A stretch of DNA of 64,000 bases, the filler included, from Albugo candida (Eukaryota), in NCBI GenBank assembly GCA_040437565.1. It is 13 parts of 13 records of this genome, joined end to end, with 100 filler letters (N's around TTAATTAATTAA, not from the genome) between each part and the next. Parts side by side here need not be neighbours in the genome. Positions count along the whole stretch, not along the records: positions 26,377 to 31,463 come from JBDOQK010000167.1; positions 31,564 to 36,551 come from JBDOQK010000168.1; positions 36,652 to 41,621 come from JBDOQK010000169.1; 10 more parts are not named here. The stretch is one strand, 5' to 3'. The position numbers and the translations under genes were made by a program. The notes below the pieces were generated by a model. It saw nothing but the letters and a program-made list of their open reading frames with translations. It ran no database searches and was not told where the DNA came from. This document shows positions 26,377 through 39,878 of this stretch, piece by piece (the first letter of the stretch is position 1; every line of letters starts with the position of its first letter).

Positions 26377-28265
26377 GAAAGATCCTATAGATCCGTACTA
26401 TTCCTTGGTCAAAGAATTCCAGGACTTGGTATGTCACAATCCTCCGTCCGTTTTGCCTTCTGATAGAGTTGTTCGTCATTAAATTGACTTGGTTACGGCT
26501 AAACGGCAGTGACCTTTACCCGGGGAACAGTGTGACGTCATTGACGAGTTATTTGGTGCAAATCACGCGGCTGGAATGGTTCGTGCGAGTAAATTCCCTC
26601 CTTCACACCAACATTCTGTGTCAGAAAGCCGAATGGAAAGTGGTGCATTGTCCAAGCTTATAATAAGCTAAATGCAGCCACCATTCTATCTCGGACGCCA
26701 ATTCCTAGGAAGCATGTTCTTTAGAGCTCTATGATCTGGTGTAACGTGTTCATTGCACTTGTTTTAGTCGATGGTTATTGTCAATTGCTCATGCGAGCTG
26801 GTGGCAGACGACTAACTAAACTGAGTACTCCGAGCGGTATGCTCTGGGAGTGGCTTGTCATGCCCCAACAGCTATCTAATGCTCCGGCTACGTTCAATCA
26901 TCTGGGGACGCAACTGTTCAGACGTCATCGAGGCTACGCAAAAAAACATAATTTGATGAAATTTTGTCCATAGTCGTGCCCTGAACGGTCGGTCTGATAT
27001 GGAAAATCACGTTGACAATTTACGAGCTGTGATCGGGTGCATGCGCACGAGCAAGTTGTATGCCAATGCATCGAAACGCATCTTTTGTACGGAAGAGATT
27101 CCCTTCTTAAGGTTCTACATCCGGAAGTTGGGCCTTAAAACAGATCCCGCAAGGTGAAAGACATAGGTGATTGGGCGGTTTCTATGAACGAAAAGCTTTT
27201 GCGGAAATGACTTGGTCTCTACAACTTTTTGCATGAGTACAGCAAGAATTTTGCTTAAATGGATCGGCCATTGTCCGATCTCGTTAAAAAGTATATGGAA
27301 TGGGACTGGACTAGCACAGATAACGATACTTGTGAAGCGATTGAGGAGAGTCTCCTTCAGGACTCGGTGTTGTCGTTCCCCCACCTAGAGTGGCCATTTA
27401 GTCTCTTCTGTGACGCATCTGACTTTACCATTGGTTGTGTTCTACTTGAAGTAGATACTGATGGTCATGAGCGCGTTGTCGCGTATGAATCCGGCCAACT
27501 CAATGGTGAAGAGAGGAACTACCTGGTTCATGACAAGGAGTTATTTACAATGAAGTATGCTCTCGTCAAATTCAGAGTTCATCTTCTCGGCTCCAAGTTT
27601 TTTTTTTGACTTTAACGAATCATGCGTCATTACACACTGCGACACAGTCGCCTCATCTCTCTCAGAGAATGGGTCGCTGGCCATCATTCTTTGCTGAATG
27701 CAACTTTGAGGCGAAGTATAAGCCGGGGATTCAAAATGCTTTGGCTGATGCGTTGTTCCACAGGCCTGATAATGAGCTTTCTCATGTTACGACAGTGTCG
27801 TCTTCAATCACTGACTTAATCCCTGGGGATCATGACAAGGGTTAACAGTGTGTAGCGTTGATACGCACGCTTACGTGCAAGGTTACATCGATAACCCATA
27901 GATCAAGGCCTGTTGTGCTACTGCACCGATGTGCAGGATAGTCTTCGCATCGTTACCCCTTATGTTGAGGAGTTAAAGTATCGAATCATCTATGAGACAT
28001 ATGACACTGCGTTGAGTGGTCCTCTCGGTCGTAAAAAGACCTATAGCTTGGGGAGTCAACAATATCGGTGACCCAAACTCTATAATTGGGTACGTACGTA
28101 CGTACATATATGTGAAATGTGTCAACGGGTTAAATCCTCATAGCATGCGGTTACGCCGCTAGCTAGGTTACCAGTACCCACAAGGTGTCGAGAGTCAATT
28201 AGTATGGAGGTTTTGTTTTGCCTACCTAAATACTTGGAAGGCAACACGACTATTGTGGTCTTTAT
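26377..28265 (+). mobile_element. Ty3/Gypsy pol relic (RT-RNase H-integrase zinc finger)
   Basis: TPSGMLWEWLVMPQQLSNAPATFN, FCDASDFTIGCVLL, ERNYLVHDKELFTMKYALVKFRVHLLG, YKPGIQNALADAL, CEMCQRVK. Many stops and frameshifts. Confidence 0.92.
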
Positions 28266-29630
28266 TCTATAAGTCGGAAGAAATTAATGTATCAGAAGAA
28301 TGTTGACCACCAGTGAGGGAAGAATCTGTACAGACGATAACGAATTCGAAGCAAATATCAATGACAATGAAAATGCTTAGTGAGTCTAGCATTGAGGTAA
28401 CAGCATGATTTGCTCGATTGCTTGTATGACACCACGAAAAAATTTCAATAAGGTTTCTGTCTTTTGCTATTGTTGCTGGCATTGTATACGTAGTGTGGAT
28501 GATGGAATAGCATGAGGCATATAGCGACGAAGGATTAAAAGTACAGCTGTAAATGCTTTCAATGACTCCGCACAAAAGCTTCAGCCTTCTCCAGTGTCAT
28601 CTCAACATGAACTTGCAGCGCAATATCGACAAATATAGTGGGAATTCCCCCCATTTTTGCACGAATATAGAACTGCGCTCCTAGATATACTAATATATTT
28701 ATTTGTGATGATTCTTCTTTTTCTTCAAAGCCTTATCGCGAGCGTGTAAACAGCTTTCAATTGTGGCTTGGGAGGTTCTTGAATAAAACAAGTCTTGTAT
28801 GACCATTTGACCGAAAAAATGAATGGTAATACATTGTTAGGTAATGAGCTGAATGCCAAGATTATAATAATCTGGCTGATAGGCACACAACCCAGCTCCA
28901 CAAGTCCGACTTGACAGCTTAGTGATAGGAGAATTTCGTCTTTTAAGGCTGTATATGAAGCATCACTCCTTATTCGAGTTGGAGCTACCTATGCTCAACT
29001 CTGGTGCCTAATGAATGCCTTCACTGCCGAAATTCTGTTATCATTTAGGTCATTCCGTTTGTATAACTCATGTTAGCCAAGGAAAAGCGATTATTTTACG
29101 AGTATGTGAGGTGGTTTAGACTTTGATGCCGTTGCTAAATGAAGCACTCGACATGTGTGCTTTTATGGGATATATCCTGTCTATTTAACTTTCAGAGGAG
29201 CAGTTGAACCAAGCTTTCAGTGTCGTGGTAGAGATTGTCGAAAGCGGCACCTTCAAATTGAGGTTTCTTCTACGTGATAGCATAATCACACCCTCCGCAC
29301 TATTCACCGCTTATTGCGTCTGTAAATTATGACGTCACGATCTCTGTAAGGCTCATCAATAGAATTCCACCGCATTAGCTTTCTTTCACCGACGGAATTT
29401 GGTTTTGTCAAGTATGATGTGAGTTGTGGTGGGATATTATCAAGAAATACAACAATAAAGAAAGAATAACCTCTGCGAAATGAAACACGAGCACGGTGAA
29501 TTGCTCGCAAATCGTATCAGCCAAGCAACATATTTGTTTTGTCTTGAAGTTGCCATTATGGAAGCTTCTGAATTGATGCCTGCGTTTGAACGCTTCAAAT
29601 AAACCGCTACTATGTACTCTCGCGTACGAA

Positions 29631-31463
29631 TGTTGCAAAATACAGTCAAATGAGCGTATTCTTGTCTATGTGCGATTGATGTGTGTTATACGTATCTTTT
29701 TGTATCGTGTCTAACGTAACTAACCGATGAAGAATCTTGATACACGTACATTGTTTCGAATAGTAGGTCAGAGAAGACCCCAAGCAATAGTAGAAGAAGA
29801 TCTGCTAGAAGCAAAGAGGATATCAAAGTTAACTTTAGTTAAATATTTTAGTGTGAGTTGTTGAGGGTTCATGAATAGCCTTTACAGTCGAAGCTCAAGC
29901 AATGCCTCAAGTTGAAGACATGAGCACCAACGAAGACATCTATGCGGAGCTGGATCGGATAGCATCCGAATCCGAAGGAAGAAGACAAAAGGGCATTTCG
30001 AAAGTTAGATCCATCTGAACCCTTCATCGGAGAGCTAACGGAAGAGCGAGTTCGACGGATGACGGGGACTGTGAGATGATGGATGCTTCAGGAGAAGACC
30101 GTATTGCCAACGCACCACAACTCCCAGACATCCGATGTACAAAGGGGAGACGTTGAAAGACAAAAGGGAGTTTGTGAAGAAGTATCAAAATTATCACAAC
30201 ATATTGCTGGCGAACGAAACTTGCCAGAATAAAGCAAGACTAAATAAATTACTTTCGGGAGGCAAGAGAGCCGGATCACATGGATTCGGCAAAGATTAAT
30301 GCAGAAATGCGCAAGCTAAAGATGGCTTATACTCTGACCGATCCAAGCTCACGAAGTTCTCGACTAGGAAACCAGGTGTATGGAATATTGGACCAGCACG
30401 GTCTGCAGGAGTATGTGAAACATGTGGATCTCTGAAAAGAATTGTTCAGTGGATGGTGGATGCGCTGGAGCCACCAGCTTGCAAACGAAAATACCTGGAA
30501 AAGGTGGAAATAGACGTTCACAAGACAAAGTGGAAGAATCCCGTAGTCTTCAACAAATAGTGCCAAGATTCATTAAAGAGCTTTATGAAGTGGGAACCAG
30601 TATCAAGGTCAACCAGAATGTCACTTGAAGTTGAGGTTAAAGAAGCTAAGACGACCAAGTAGGTAAAACGCAAGAATTATCAAAAAAGTAAGGAGGAGAA
30701 GTCTCTGCGAAGGGATTTGTATAGGAAACAGCGTTTCAAGTGTTCAAAGTGCGATACTAGGGAGCATTCCGTTCGAAACTATCCGTCATGTGCACCAGGA
30801 GGGGCTGACAGATTGCTGAAATATAGGAGATTTGATCGGAAAAGAAAGTGTAAAAAGCAGTGGCACGCTGAAGCAGTTGAGAGGTCATGACTACAATGGA
30901 TGGCATCGACAATTTCAATACTCTATTGAATTCAGGATAGGATTGTCGGATTAAATCCGTTGATCTCGTGAAAGTGCTTCCGGCTTCGAAGCATCTGACG
31001 AGTGAAAAACAAAAAGTGCCGTTGATGATAGCCACCGTGGAGAAGTCGCCATTATGGGTAAAACGAAGTGTGCTTGTAGCCTGCGTGGAGTTCACTTCAA
31101 ATGGGGGCTGCTCGTATGGCGAAATCTGGAAATCATGGTAAATGAAGACGATGAATAATTCTCGCTACTCATGGATATAAATCTGATGGAGACGATGGCA
31201 TATTCGGTGAAGGTGATTTTGCAAGGAGGAAGAAAAAAACAAATAGTCTGGGATGTGTCCGTTGATGAAACATACGAGGTACGGACTACGATTAGTAAGT
31301 CGTGGCAAATTTGCGACAAAAACCTGTATGAAGACCCACATGATACTGTCGACGAAGCAGAACGGTTTCTTTTCACTCCGAAAGTGTCGTGTAGCGAAAC
31401 TCAGCGAGAAACGGTTAATGCAATATTGGAGGAAAAGATGACCGAGGTCCATTAGAGCCTCAA
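29631..31463 (+). mobile_element. Ty3/Gypsy gag-protease relic, possibly with 5' LTR (29631-29825)
   Basis: DALEPPA gag motif, knuckle-like CSKCDTREHSVRNYP, protease-like TLLNSG*DC. TG...CA segment upstream. Truncated at contig end. Confidence 0.6.
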
Positions 31464-33117
31464 NNNNNNNNNNNNNNNNNNNNNNNNNNNNNNNNNNNNN
31501 NNNNNNNTTAATTAATTAANNNNNNNNNNNNNNNNNNNNNNNNNNNNNNNNNNNNNNNNNNNNGAAGCGACAAGAAAGAGTAGCACGAAAACGCACCACC
31601 TATTGACGTCGGAAACCGTATTTCTATCATTATCCTTAATTTTCACAGGAGATGAGTCGCTGAGCTGCAGTCTTTCTTACCAACAACATTTCCACCCATA
31701 GAAGGCCCATAAATAAAATGACCATACCGATCTCTTCGTCATCTTCTCCATTTGACAAGCGGGAGAGTTTTGAATGGCTCTGATTGGTATTTGTGGCACT
31801 GAAAAGGATAAGTAACCATCCTCACGGACGACATACAAGGTGATGAGTGAGAAAGTAATCATGTATTATAAATTAGCGTAATCGCACCAGTAACAGTTTA
31901 CGTTCGAATATTCACGGCAATCGGAAGAGACATCCTCCCGAATTAGGAAAGAGCACGAAGTTCTCAACTAATTATGAGAACTGTGCATTTCTTTATTATT
32001 GCATACCGGGGAGAACGTTGCAATTCAAATATAAGCAGAAAAAAGCCAAAAGAACTGAATATTTTGCACGACATACCCTCCAGCGGTCAAGGGACTGTTT
32101 GCCGGATTTTGGCTGGTGATGACTTCTTCTTTATGGCAGTGATGGCCATGCTGGACACAATGTTATATTGCTAGGGAGCTCATCTCGAGATTACAATTTA
32201 CATAACGTACGTTCGAAGGTTTTTCTACATTTTTTGGCTCTGTAAAGCAAATAGAACGTGCCTCAAACAGGGTATTCGTGAATTGAGAATGCGCTGAACC
32301 CTAACATGAAACAAGAGATCGTGTCATCTGACAGAATGGGTATTATCACTTTGAATGTTTAAATCAGGTAATAGAGATCAGCTTCGCTAGTAATTTTAAC
32401 CGCTCGGAGGGACTCGAAAGAATAGGATTGTTTAAGCCAACGAAGTCGTCTTATCGACGTGAAGATGTACTTGTACATTGCCCCTATTTTTTTCGGAAAC
32501 CTTAACTCTGTCGCTTGACGGGCTAACCACAATCTCAACGTTGTAATTCTTTTGTTGAAGTCTCGGTTAGTGGGACCTAAGGACCGGTATCGAGCGTTGA
32601 AGAAGGAAAGGTGTGATATCAGCAAAGCGTTTCACGACTTTGATTGTTCGTTTCGCCTATCATCTTATAGTACCTGCAGCACATTATCTGTGAGCATTTA
32701 CTTTGCTAGAATACTTGAGCAGCACTTTTATGGGTTCTGTACATTTATGCAACGAAGAAGCGATGTGATGAGCCGACTAATGAAATTCGACTTGTTAGAC
32801 AATCATATCAATCCAAGCAAAAGCCATCGAATTGGTATTCTATTTCTGTATTTCTCAGCTGACAATTCTTGAGAACGATCAATGTAAGTATTGTCTGATC
32901 ATGTTCTTCAGGTGTGAAATAGCCCAAGAAACATCAGACTTCTGACTTATCGAATAAAAACAAGGAAGACAATTCAAAAAAGACGGCAGCGAGTGGCATG
33001 ATTTGATCGAGGATGATCAATTCACCGGTTAGTCAAGACTGCATTGCTTACAAGAACTCAAAAATCGGGCCAGAAGATTTTACGATTACCCTGTGTGCCC
33101 AGTACTAAAAATGTGCC

Positions 33118-33440
33118 TACTAGTAATGAGAGCAAGTATTGAATCTCATTTAAGCCAATGAAATACTTTATTGTTCCATCTTGCAATCGATGTCCTTGAT
33201 AGAACAAGAAGACTGCGCTCGAGGTATTTTAACAGAACTACAATCAAGTGTGTCGTTCACATGCACTTGCTGCAAGGCTACTACGGATGTGGCACATCAG
33301 ATGTGTTATCAGTGGGTGGATTTACTAGTAATGAGAGCAAGTAATGGATCTCATCCAAGCCAATGAAATACTTTATTGTTCCATATTGCAATCGAAGAAG
33401 TCCTTGATAGAAAAGAAGACTGCGCTCGAGGGTTTTTAAT
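33118..33440. repeat. Pair of ~115-bp imperfect direct repeats
   Basis: TACTAGTAATGAGAGCAAGTA...GCCAATGAAATACTTTATTGTTCCAT...GAAGACTGCGCTCGAGG at ~33118-33230 and ~33323-33437. Confidence 0.85.
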
Positions 33441-35831
33441 ACCAAGAGGATAAATTCTCCTCGTAACGAGCTGGTATCTTCTCAACAGCATGTAGCTTAT
33501 TTTTTATGTACCTTTAACCTTGACCAACAAGTATCTGCATTCACTTTTACTTTGCATGCATCTGTTCTAGCATAGCTAATTGCGATGCACCTGCAGGGTG
33601 CGCAATAGCTAACATTAAACACAGAATCAGTATATTATCTCAGTGCTGACCAAACGCTCATGGACCCATGAGACATACTGTGCCTGCAAATCAACCTGTA
33701 TTGGGCTTGGGAATTTCCCCGTCTCTTTTTTATTCGATTTTAGGGTCACTACCTTAATCTGCATTGGTGTTTGACGCTAGTGGCTGTATAAGAAGTTGGC
33801 TCAGCGCCAAGTTTCAAAAAAGCTGTATTGACACGGCACTCTGATTGCTATTTGCAGCTTTCTTATACTAGTCCGGCGGAACCGGACCGAGTTTTGTATA
33901 AGAATGGCTGCATTAACACTGAGCGCACCTTCATTTGCATTGAGGCCTATTGTGATGCCACTGTTCTATCCTTTCATCCTGTTTCATCACAAAAATTCCC
34001 ACAGCACAGTGTATGACGCGTAAAGATGAAAATACCTTTGTACTCTTTTGCGCAGTCTGCACGTTGCTGTCACATCTATAAAATTTCAGCATTGACAGCT
34101 TGCTGGGTATTTCAAACCGTAGATAGCTACAGAAGTGCTGATGCGTCAGGGTGGTTGCCTTGTTGGGAAACACGTTATATCTGTGTCGAGTAAATGAAGA
34201 GACGTCGATCTCGATATATATACAGCATTTAGTCCAATCATCCGAAAAGAAGACTATGCAGATGAGTCTATTTCACATATAATTGAGATAAGAAGACTAC
34301 CCTTAATCCTACTCGACATCGATATCAGGAAGCAATACATCTTGTAGAAAAAACTGTTGACCTTAAACCCATGCTAGTAAATTAACAATGTTTCTCTCTA
34401 CAGTATCCGAAACGCATTGAAAAATTTCCGCACCGCTTCTCACCGATAATACTGGACGTTCAATCTGGAGGACGGCGTTCCTGTCGTTATGCCTTGCATT
34501 CCACTAATTTCTGAACATTACGGACCGTGCAAATTACGATAGCATAAATGCGTGATATAAGCGATGTTTTAGGATTTTAATTGACTTGATGGAATATGTG
34601 GTTGGGAAGAATATTCAAGATTCCGCTTTGTAGATATACAACCTAGATCGCGAACACTAATTCCAATTTGCTGCACTTGTGCCACGCTCCATCGAATGTC
34701 CTTGTCGCACGGAATCGACGCTTTTCCATTCTTGTCCATGCTGAAATTCAATATCCTTGCGTTTTTACGAGGATATCTTTGGAGCGAGTGGGCCTTCGCA
34801 ATTTTGATCGACGTCATCGGCAAACACTTCGACGTCAATACTTGGCGTGCATACATGGAATTGATGACAGACGCTTCCAGTACTACTTTCAGGTAAACGC
34901 GATCAGTATCAGCGAAAGTGCAACTTCTTGTGATGATTTTTAATCATTGACGGTTTTTGACTGATGGTTGTCACGAAGGCAAAGAGTAGTGGTGTCTCAA
35001 TATAAAGCGTGTTGATGAGCCGAACTACATCGTACCGCTCTTCAACAACGTCGTGGATCTCTGGATAGGATTATCAGGTAGCAGCTCGGCTAAAGTAGCA
35101 CCATTGCTCCAGATTGAATATGTGTAGGCACTCATCTCGGATGACGTTTCTTTTTCCCAATCGGTCAGTAGCCATTAACTCAAATCTGCAGTTTAAGTCT
35201 CCAAAATATTTTATAGAATCCCAATGTCGGCAAGACTATGGTAAAGTTACCACATGGCTCATCCGGATACTAGTTCTCATTGGATCATTGCGGTAACCAA
35301 AACGAGCGGTATACGATCCGGCTGAGGCCCTTTCAACTGTACGTTGCCATCACAATGCGAAAAAAAAAAGTCTGGTAATCGATATCAAACTCCGTAGTTG
35401 CTAAAGAGCAAGATTTACGATGAGGTTCAATTGGAAGCGAGCGAATCATTTGAGTAACGTGGTGTTAATTCCACCTGCTTTGCCCGCGAAAAAGTTAAGG
35501 AAATGGCGCTCGACAGTAACGTGAATAAATTCAGCAAAGTTTGATAGGATGCCGTGGAGAGCTTGATCGTTACGAATGTTTATTATGCATGCGCTTTAAA
35601 TAGGTGAGTCTTCGTGCCTTAATTAACATAAACACTTGTGATATAATTATGTTTTCCTGACGACAGATGCAAACTTCAACACAAATGAAGCACATCATTT
35701 CTTAGTATAACATGCTTTCCATGTTGATTCCAAAGGCATCTATACCGGTGTAATAGAAAGTGAAAGAATCATCTGTATGTAAGAGCAGAATGTAATACAA
35801 AATGAGCTCAGTAATGCCATAAACACCACGC

Positions 35832-36551
35832 GCCCATGTAGGGTATGACAATGCAGTCAGAACGCCCAATATTGTCCCGAGCTTTCCTCCAAAAGCCTGC
35901 TAATGAACAAGAAGCAGTATGTTCCTTATGCGACACATCATATTTATACAATTCGCAGGAATAAATCCGATCGAGCCCATGTAGGGTATGACAATGCAGT
36001 CAGAACGCCCAATATTGTCCCGAGCTTTCCTCCAAAAGCCTGCTAATGAACAAGAAGCAGTATGTTCCTTATGCGACACATCATATTTATACAATTCGCA
36101 GGAATAAATCCGATCGAGCCCATGTAGGGTATGACAATGCAGTCAGAACGCCCAATATTGTCCCGAGCTTTCCTCCAAAAGCCTGCTAATGAACAAGAAG
36201 CAGTATGTTCCTTATGCGACACATCATATTTATACAATTCGCAGGAATAAATCCGATCGAGCCCATGTAGGGTATGACAATGCAGTCAGAACGCCCAATA
36301 TTGTCCCGAGCTTTCCTCCAAAAGCCTGCTAATGAACAAGAAGCAGTATGTTCCTTATGCGACACATCATATTTATACAATTCGCAGGAATAAATCCGAT
36401 CGAGCCCATGTAGGGTATGACAATGCAGTCAGAACGCCCAATATTGTCCCGAGCTTTCCTCCAAAAGCCTGCTAATGAACAAGAAGCAGTATGTTCCTTA
36501 TGCGACACATCATATTTATACAATTCGCAGGAATAAATCCGATCGAGCCCA
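35832..36551. repeat. 143-bp tandem array, 5 identical copies, runs off contig end
   Basis: Unit starts at 35832, 35975, 36118, 36261 and 36404, with a partial copy at 36547. This explains the four identical 64-aa ORFs in the track. Confidence 0.97.
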
Positions 36552-37247
36552 NNNNNNNNNNNNNNNNNNNNNNNNNNNNNNNNNNNNNNNNNNNNTTAAT
36601 TAATTAANNNNNNNNNNNNNNNNNNNNNNNNNNNNNNNNNNNNNNNNNNNNGAAAGTGACTCGGCCTCACCCTTTGCAGATATCACGCTATTATCACCTA
36701 TAAACATATCCTCATGACGTGTCATCGCGAGCGAGCTGCCAAAGCCGTCAGAAGCGTCCGTTACAGGGTCTTTGGATGATACTATAGTTATCGTCCAAAG
36801 TTGTCACGTGCTCATAAAATTGTACAGGATTTAGGAGCTCATGCGAAAGGCTTTCTTAGTGTCATTTACATCAATTTTCGATATGTAAAAGAGGTCGATT
36901 CGCTTTTTTTTATCAGAATTAGATAGCGCTTCGTTTCGGCTACCCCGTCTTGCACAAGGATTCAACGAGCAGTCTATGGAGCGTGCGATCACGTCGATGC
37001 GAGCAGTTTACTATGTGTGCTTTATTGGTGTGAAATGACTATCAAATGCATCAGTTCCTTGCTGCCTCTACCAAGGAAGCTGGTTGAGATCTCATGGGAC
37101 ATTGTCGACAAGCAAAGCCGTCTCAATTATATATAAAATGGCGTTAGTACTAAAGAAGCAGATGGGTGGCTGGTCGCATAATACGTTCGCTAGTAGCTGA
37201 GCTCTAGATCTAGCTACGCCTGCAGCGACAGTCACCCAAGGAAATGA

Positions 37248-38418
37248 TTAATCGGCAACTGAATCGTTTAAAGCTACACAAATAACAGCCTTATGATGTC
37301 CATTGTAGTGCCGTACAGCTTCTCCCTGGCAGAGGTCCCATAATCGAGCACTTTGATCCGAGGAGCATGTGACCAAATATGAAGATACAGCGGAGAACGC
37401 ACAATCCCACACCCAACGTTGATGCCCTTGCAGAGTGCGAATAAGCTCGAATTGCGCAACTCTACTCGTTTCGTTGACATCTTCCACTATCGTAGGATCA
37501 CTTTGTGATTTTGGCTCAATATTCCATATCTTTGCTGTTTTATCGGACGAACAAGTGGCTAACAATCTGCCGTTGGAGCTTGTTTGACATTTTAGTATGT
37601 ATCCATTATGCGCTTGTAAGGTATGGAAAAGCTCGTATCGGCCTCTAAAGCATATACAGAGGTAAAATACGAGATGTAAGCTTTCTAAGCACAACGTACC
37701 CCGAATTTGGCTGATAGAAAAAACACTTGCCGCGATTATTGGCCGCAACAAGAAGACTACCATCTTTTACGATATCCAGCGACTTTATTCCACAGTCTCC
37801 ATCGGGTATCAATACATCAACGCACGAATCAGCAGTCAAGTCGAAGACTCGTATCGCTCCATTTTGATCGGCTACAAACACTTCTGCTTGATTTGGGTGT
37901 AATGCTGCAGAATTGAGCGGAATGAGCCCACTCGTAGTACTGCTATTACCACTGGAATTTGCATTCGAAGAATGTCCAGCTTTCTTTCCTGGCGCAAATG
38001 TACTGCATTCATAACTTCTTTGAAACCCGGTAGCTCGCAAGTCCCAAATCTTAAGCGTCCCATCTTCAGAGCTCGTGTACATCCATTTCCCCTGTTGTTG
38101 GAATCCTAAACTCGTGACGTTGCCGTTGTGCCCGTCATACGTACTGACTGCATTCGGATTATTACTATTGATTTCAAACAGGCGAATATGAGGGTTCCCG
38201 GCAGCGGTAATGTAATTCTTGTCCGGAGTTATATTGAGACAATTGACTTGCTACAGGAAACCACAAAGGACACTTAGCTCTGAGGGCACACGTTATTGGT
38301 GCGTTAGTGTCATTACAGAATCCGAGTATTTTACTGTACGATTACAAGTACCCGATGCGGCTTCCCAAAAGCGAATTGTGTGATCATAGCCTGCGGTAGC
38401 GAGCACCACGCCGGTCAT
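37248..38418 (-). CDS. LST8: TOR complex subunit LST8 (WD40), ~349 aa, 3 exons (38418-38317, 38250-37700, 37644-37248)
   Basis: [100 protein letters not shown] introns of 66 and 55 nt restore one frame. Confidence 0.96.
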
Positions 38419-39340
38419 TTTTATATTACATAGTAGCGTACAAGTCTAATGATATTTGCAAACGTAGCCGCGATCGATTTGCAATGAAAATTGTGTAGCG
38501 ATCACAGTTTGAAAGGATTGCAATGTGGAATATGTATGGGATATTGCAGAGATTAGTCGATAAGAAATCGCATTGCTTTTCAATATCTCATAGATCTGCC
38601 CGCTTTGAATGTTCATAGCTTGTGTCTGTAATTGAGATATGAGGTGTTGACTCTGATTCGATACTAACCCGGCGATGTACTCGATAAATGCAATGGGGTG
38701 CCAAAGCCACTTACCACGCGGTCTTACGAGTACCAATTCATTTCATCACAGGCTATTCAGTCCAAGCGTCGAGATTATAACAGCAACGAGCCCAGGAAGA
38801 AGACGATAGAAAGCGCTGTCTCTGGCGGCTACAATGATCAAGAATGAAGTCTTACAGAAACATTATAATAGCCTGCATCATGTGAAAAATCGCTCGAGAA
38901 GTAGGACCAGTGCTTACAACGCACGAGACATTACAGAAGTCACCATTCGTGGTTCCTTAAGGAATGGCTTGATTGTGTGAGACTACCGGTCAAGCTACAG
39001 AGCGTATCTTTACGTCATTTTGATCCAGCTCGAGCTTCTGTCACCCTACATAGCAATACCTTCAGGACTGCGAAGCCTAAGTCAATCTTCCGTTCATATC
39101 TTCCTCGAAACACCTCCAAGAAAGCAATCCAGCCATGCTCATGTCATTCACTGCGTATCAGTTGATCAGTAGCAGTATGTCAATTCCACTTTGAATCCTG
39201 CGCTTGAAAAGTATTTGTGTAACATTTGAAAAAAAGATGATACATTTCGAAAAGATAGTAAAAGTAGAAGTGAGTATATCAGCACAAATGACCCACACCC
39301 AATGCATCTTCTCGAGGCTAACATTCCACCCTTCCACCCT

Positions 39341-39828
39341 TTACAAAATCGTACAGCACTCATCACCGTAAATGCTTGCGTTATTCAATTCCTGGCAATT
39401 CCGACACCTATTTTGCAAGTGAGGGCAAACAAATTCAAATATACTAGAGCATTTACATACCGCCAGCTTGTACAGCCGTGAGGCAACGGGTACGGCGCCG
39501 AACATTTCTTACAGAGTGCATTTCCTTGTGCATCTCGCATAATTTGTGAATTATTAGCTATCATCTGTGGTTGCGCTTGAAACGGGATCGCAGTCACAAT
39601 CGGGCGGCCATACGCATCGACCGCCGGCGGTGGTCCATAAGACGGATTACAATGTGGTTGTCCATAAGAGGCATTATAAGGCGGTTGCGCATGAACTCCC
39701 GCATACGGTTCATTTGGTGCAGGTACTCCATACACCTGGGACGACTGCACTTGTTTTGCGATTGGTATCTCATCTGTATTCCCTTTTCCGCTGCTTTCTC
39801 GGCTGTCATAATGCTTTTCTTTGTCCAT
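39341..39828 (-). CDS. Pro/Tyr/Gln-rich protein with LSD1-like C4 zinc finger and C-terminal CaaX (~144 aa; exons 39828-39461, 39407-39341)
   Basis: Removing the 53-nt GTATGT...ATAG intron yields CKKCSAPYPLPHGCTSWRCRNCQELN...ECCTIL-stop. Confidence 0.82.
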
Positions 39829-39878
39829 TGTCTATTTCCTTCTCTTTTCTCTGATTGGCTATTATAATTCGAAACACG

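Noticed and set aside
35640-35975. QAFGGK...LG read as a MATE transporter fragment
   Set aside because: Only a five-residue resemblance, with no further MATE motifs in frame.
35832-36551. CRISPR-like array, or four tandem 64-aa genes
   Set aside because: No unique spacers, no cas genes and a eukaryotic context. The 143-bp period is not a multiple of 3, and the ORFs are by-products of the repeat.
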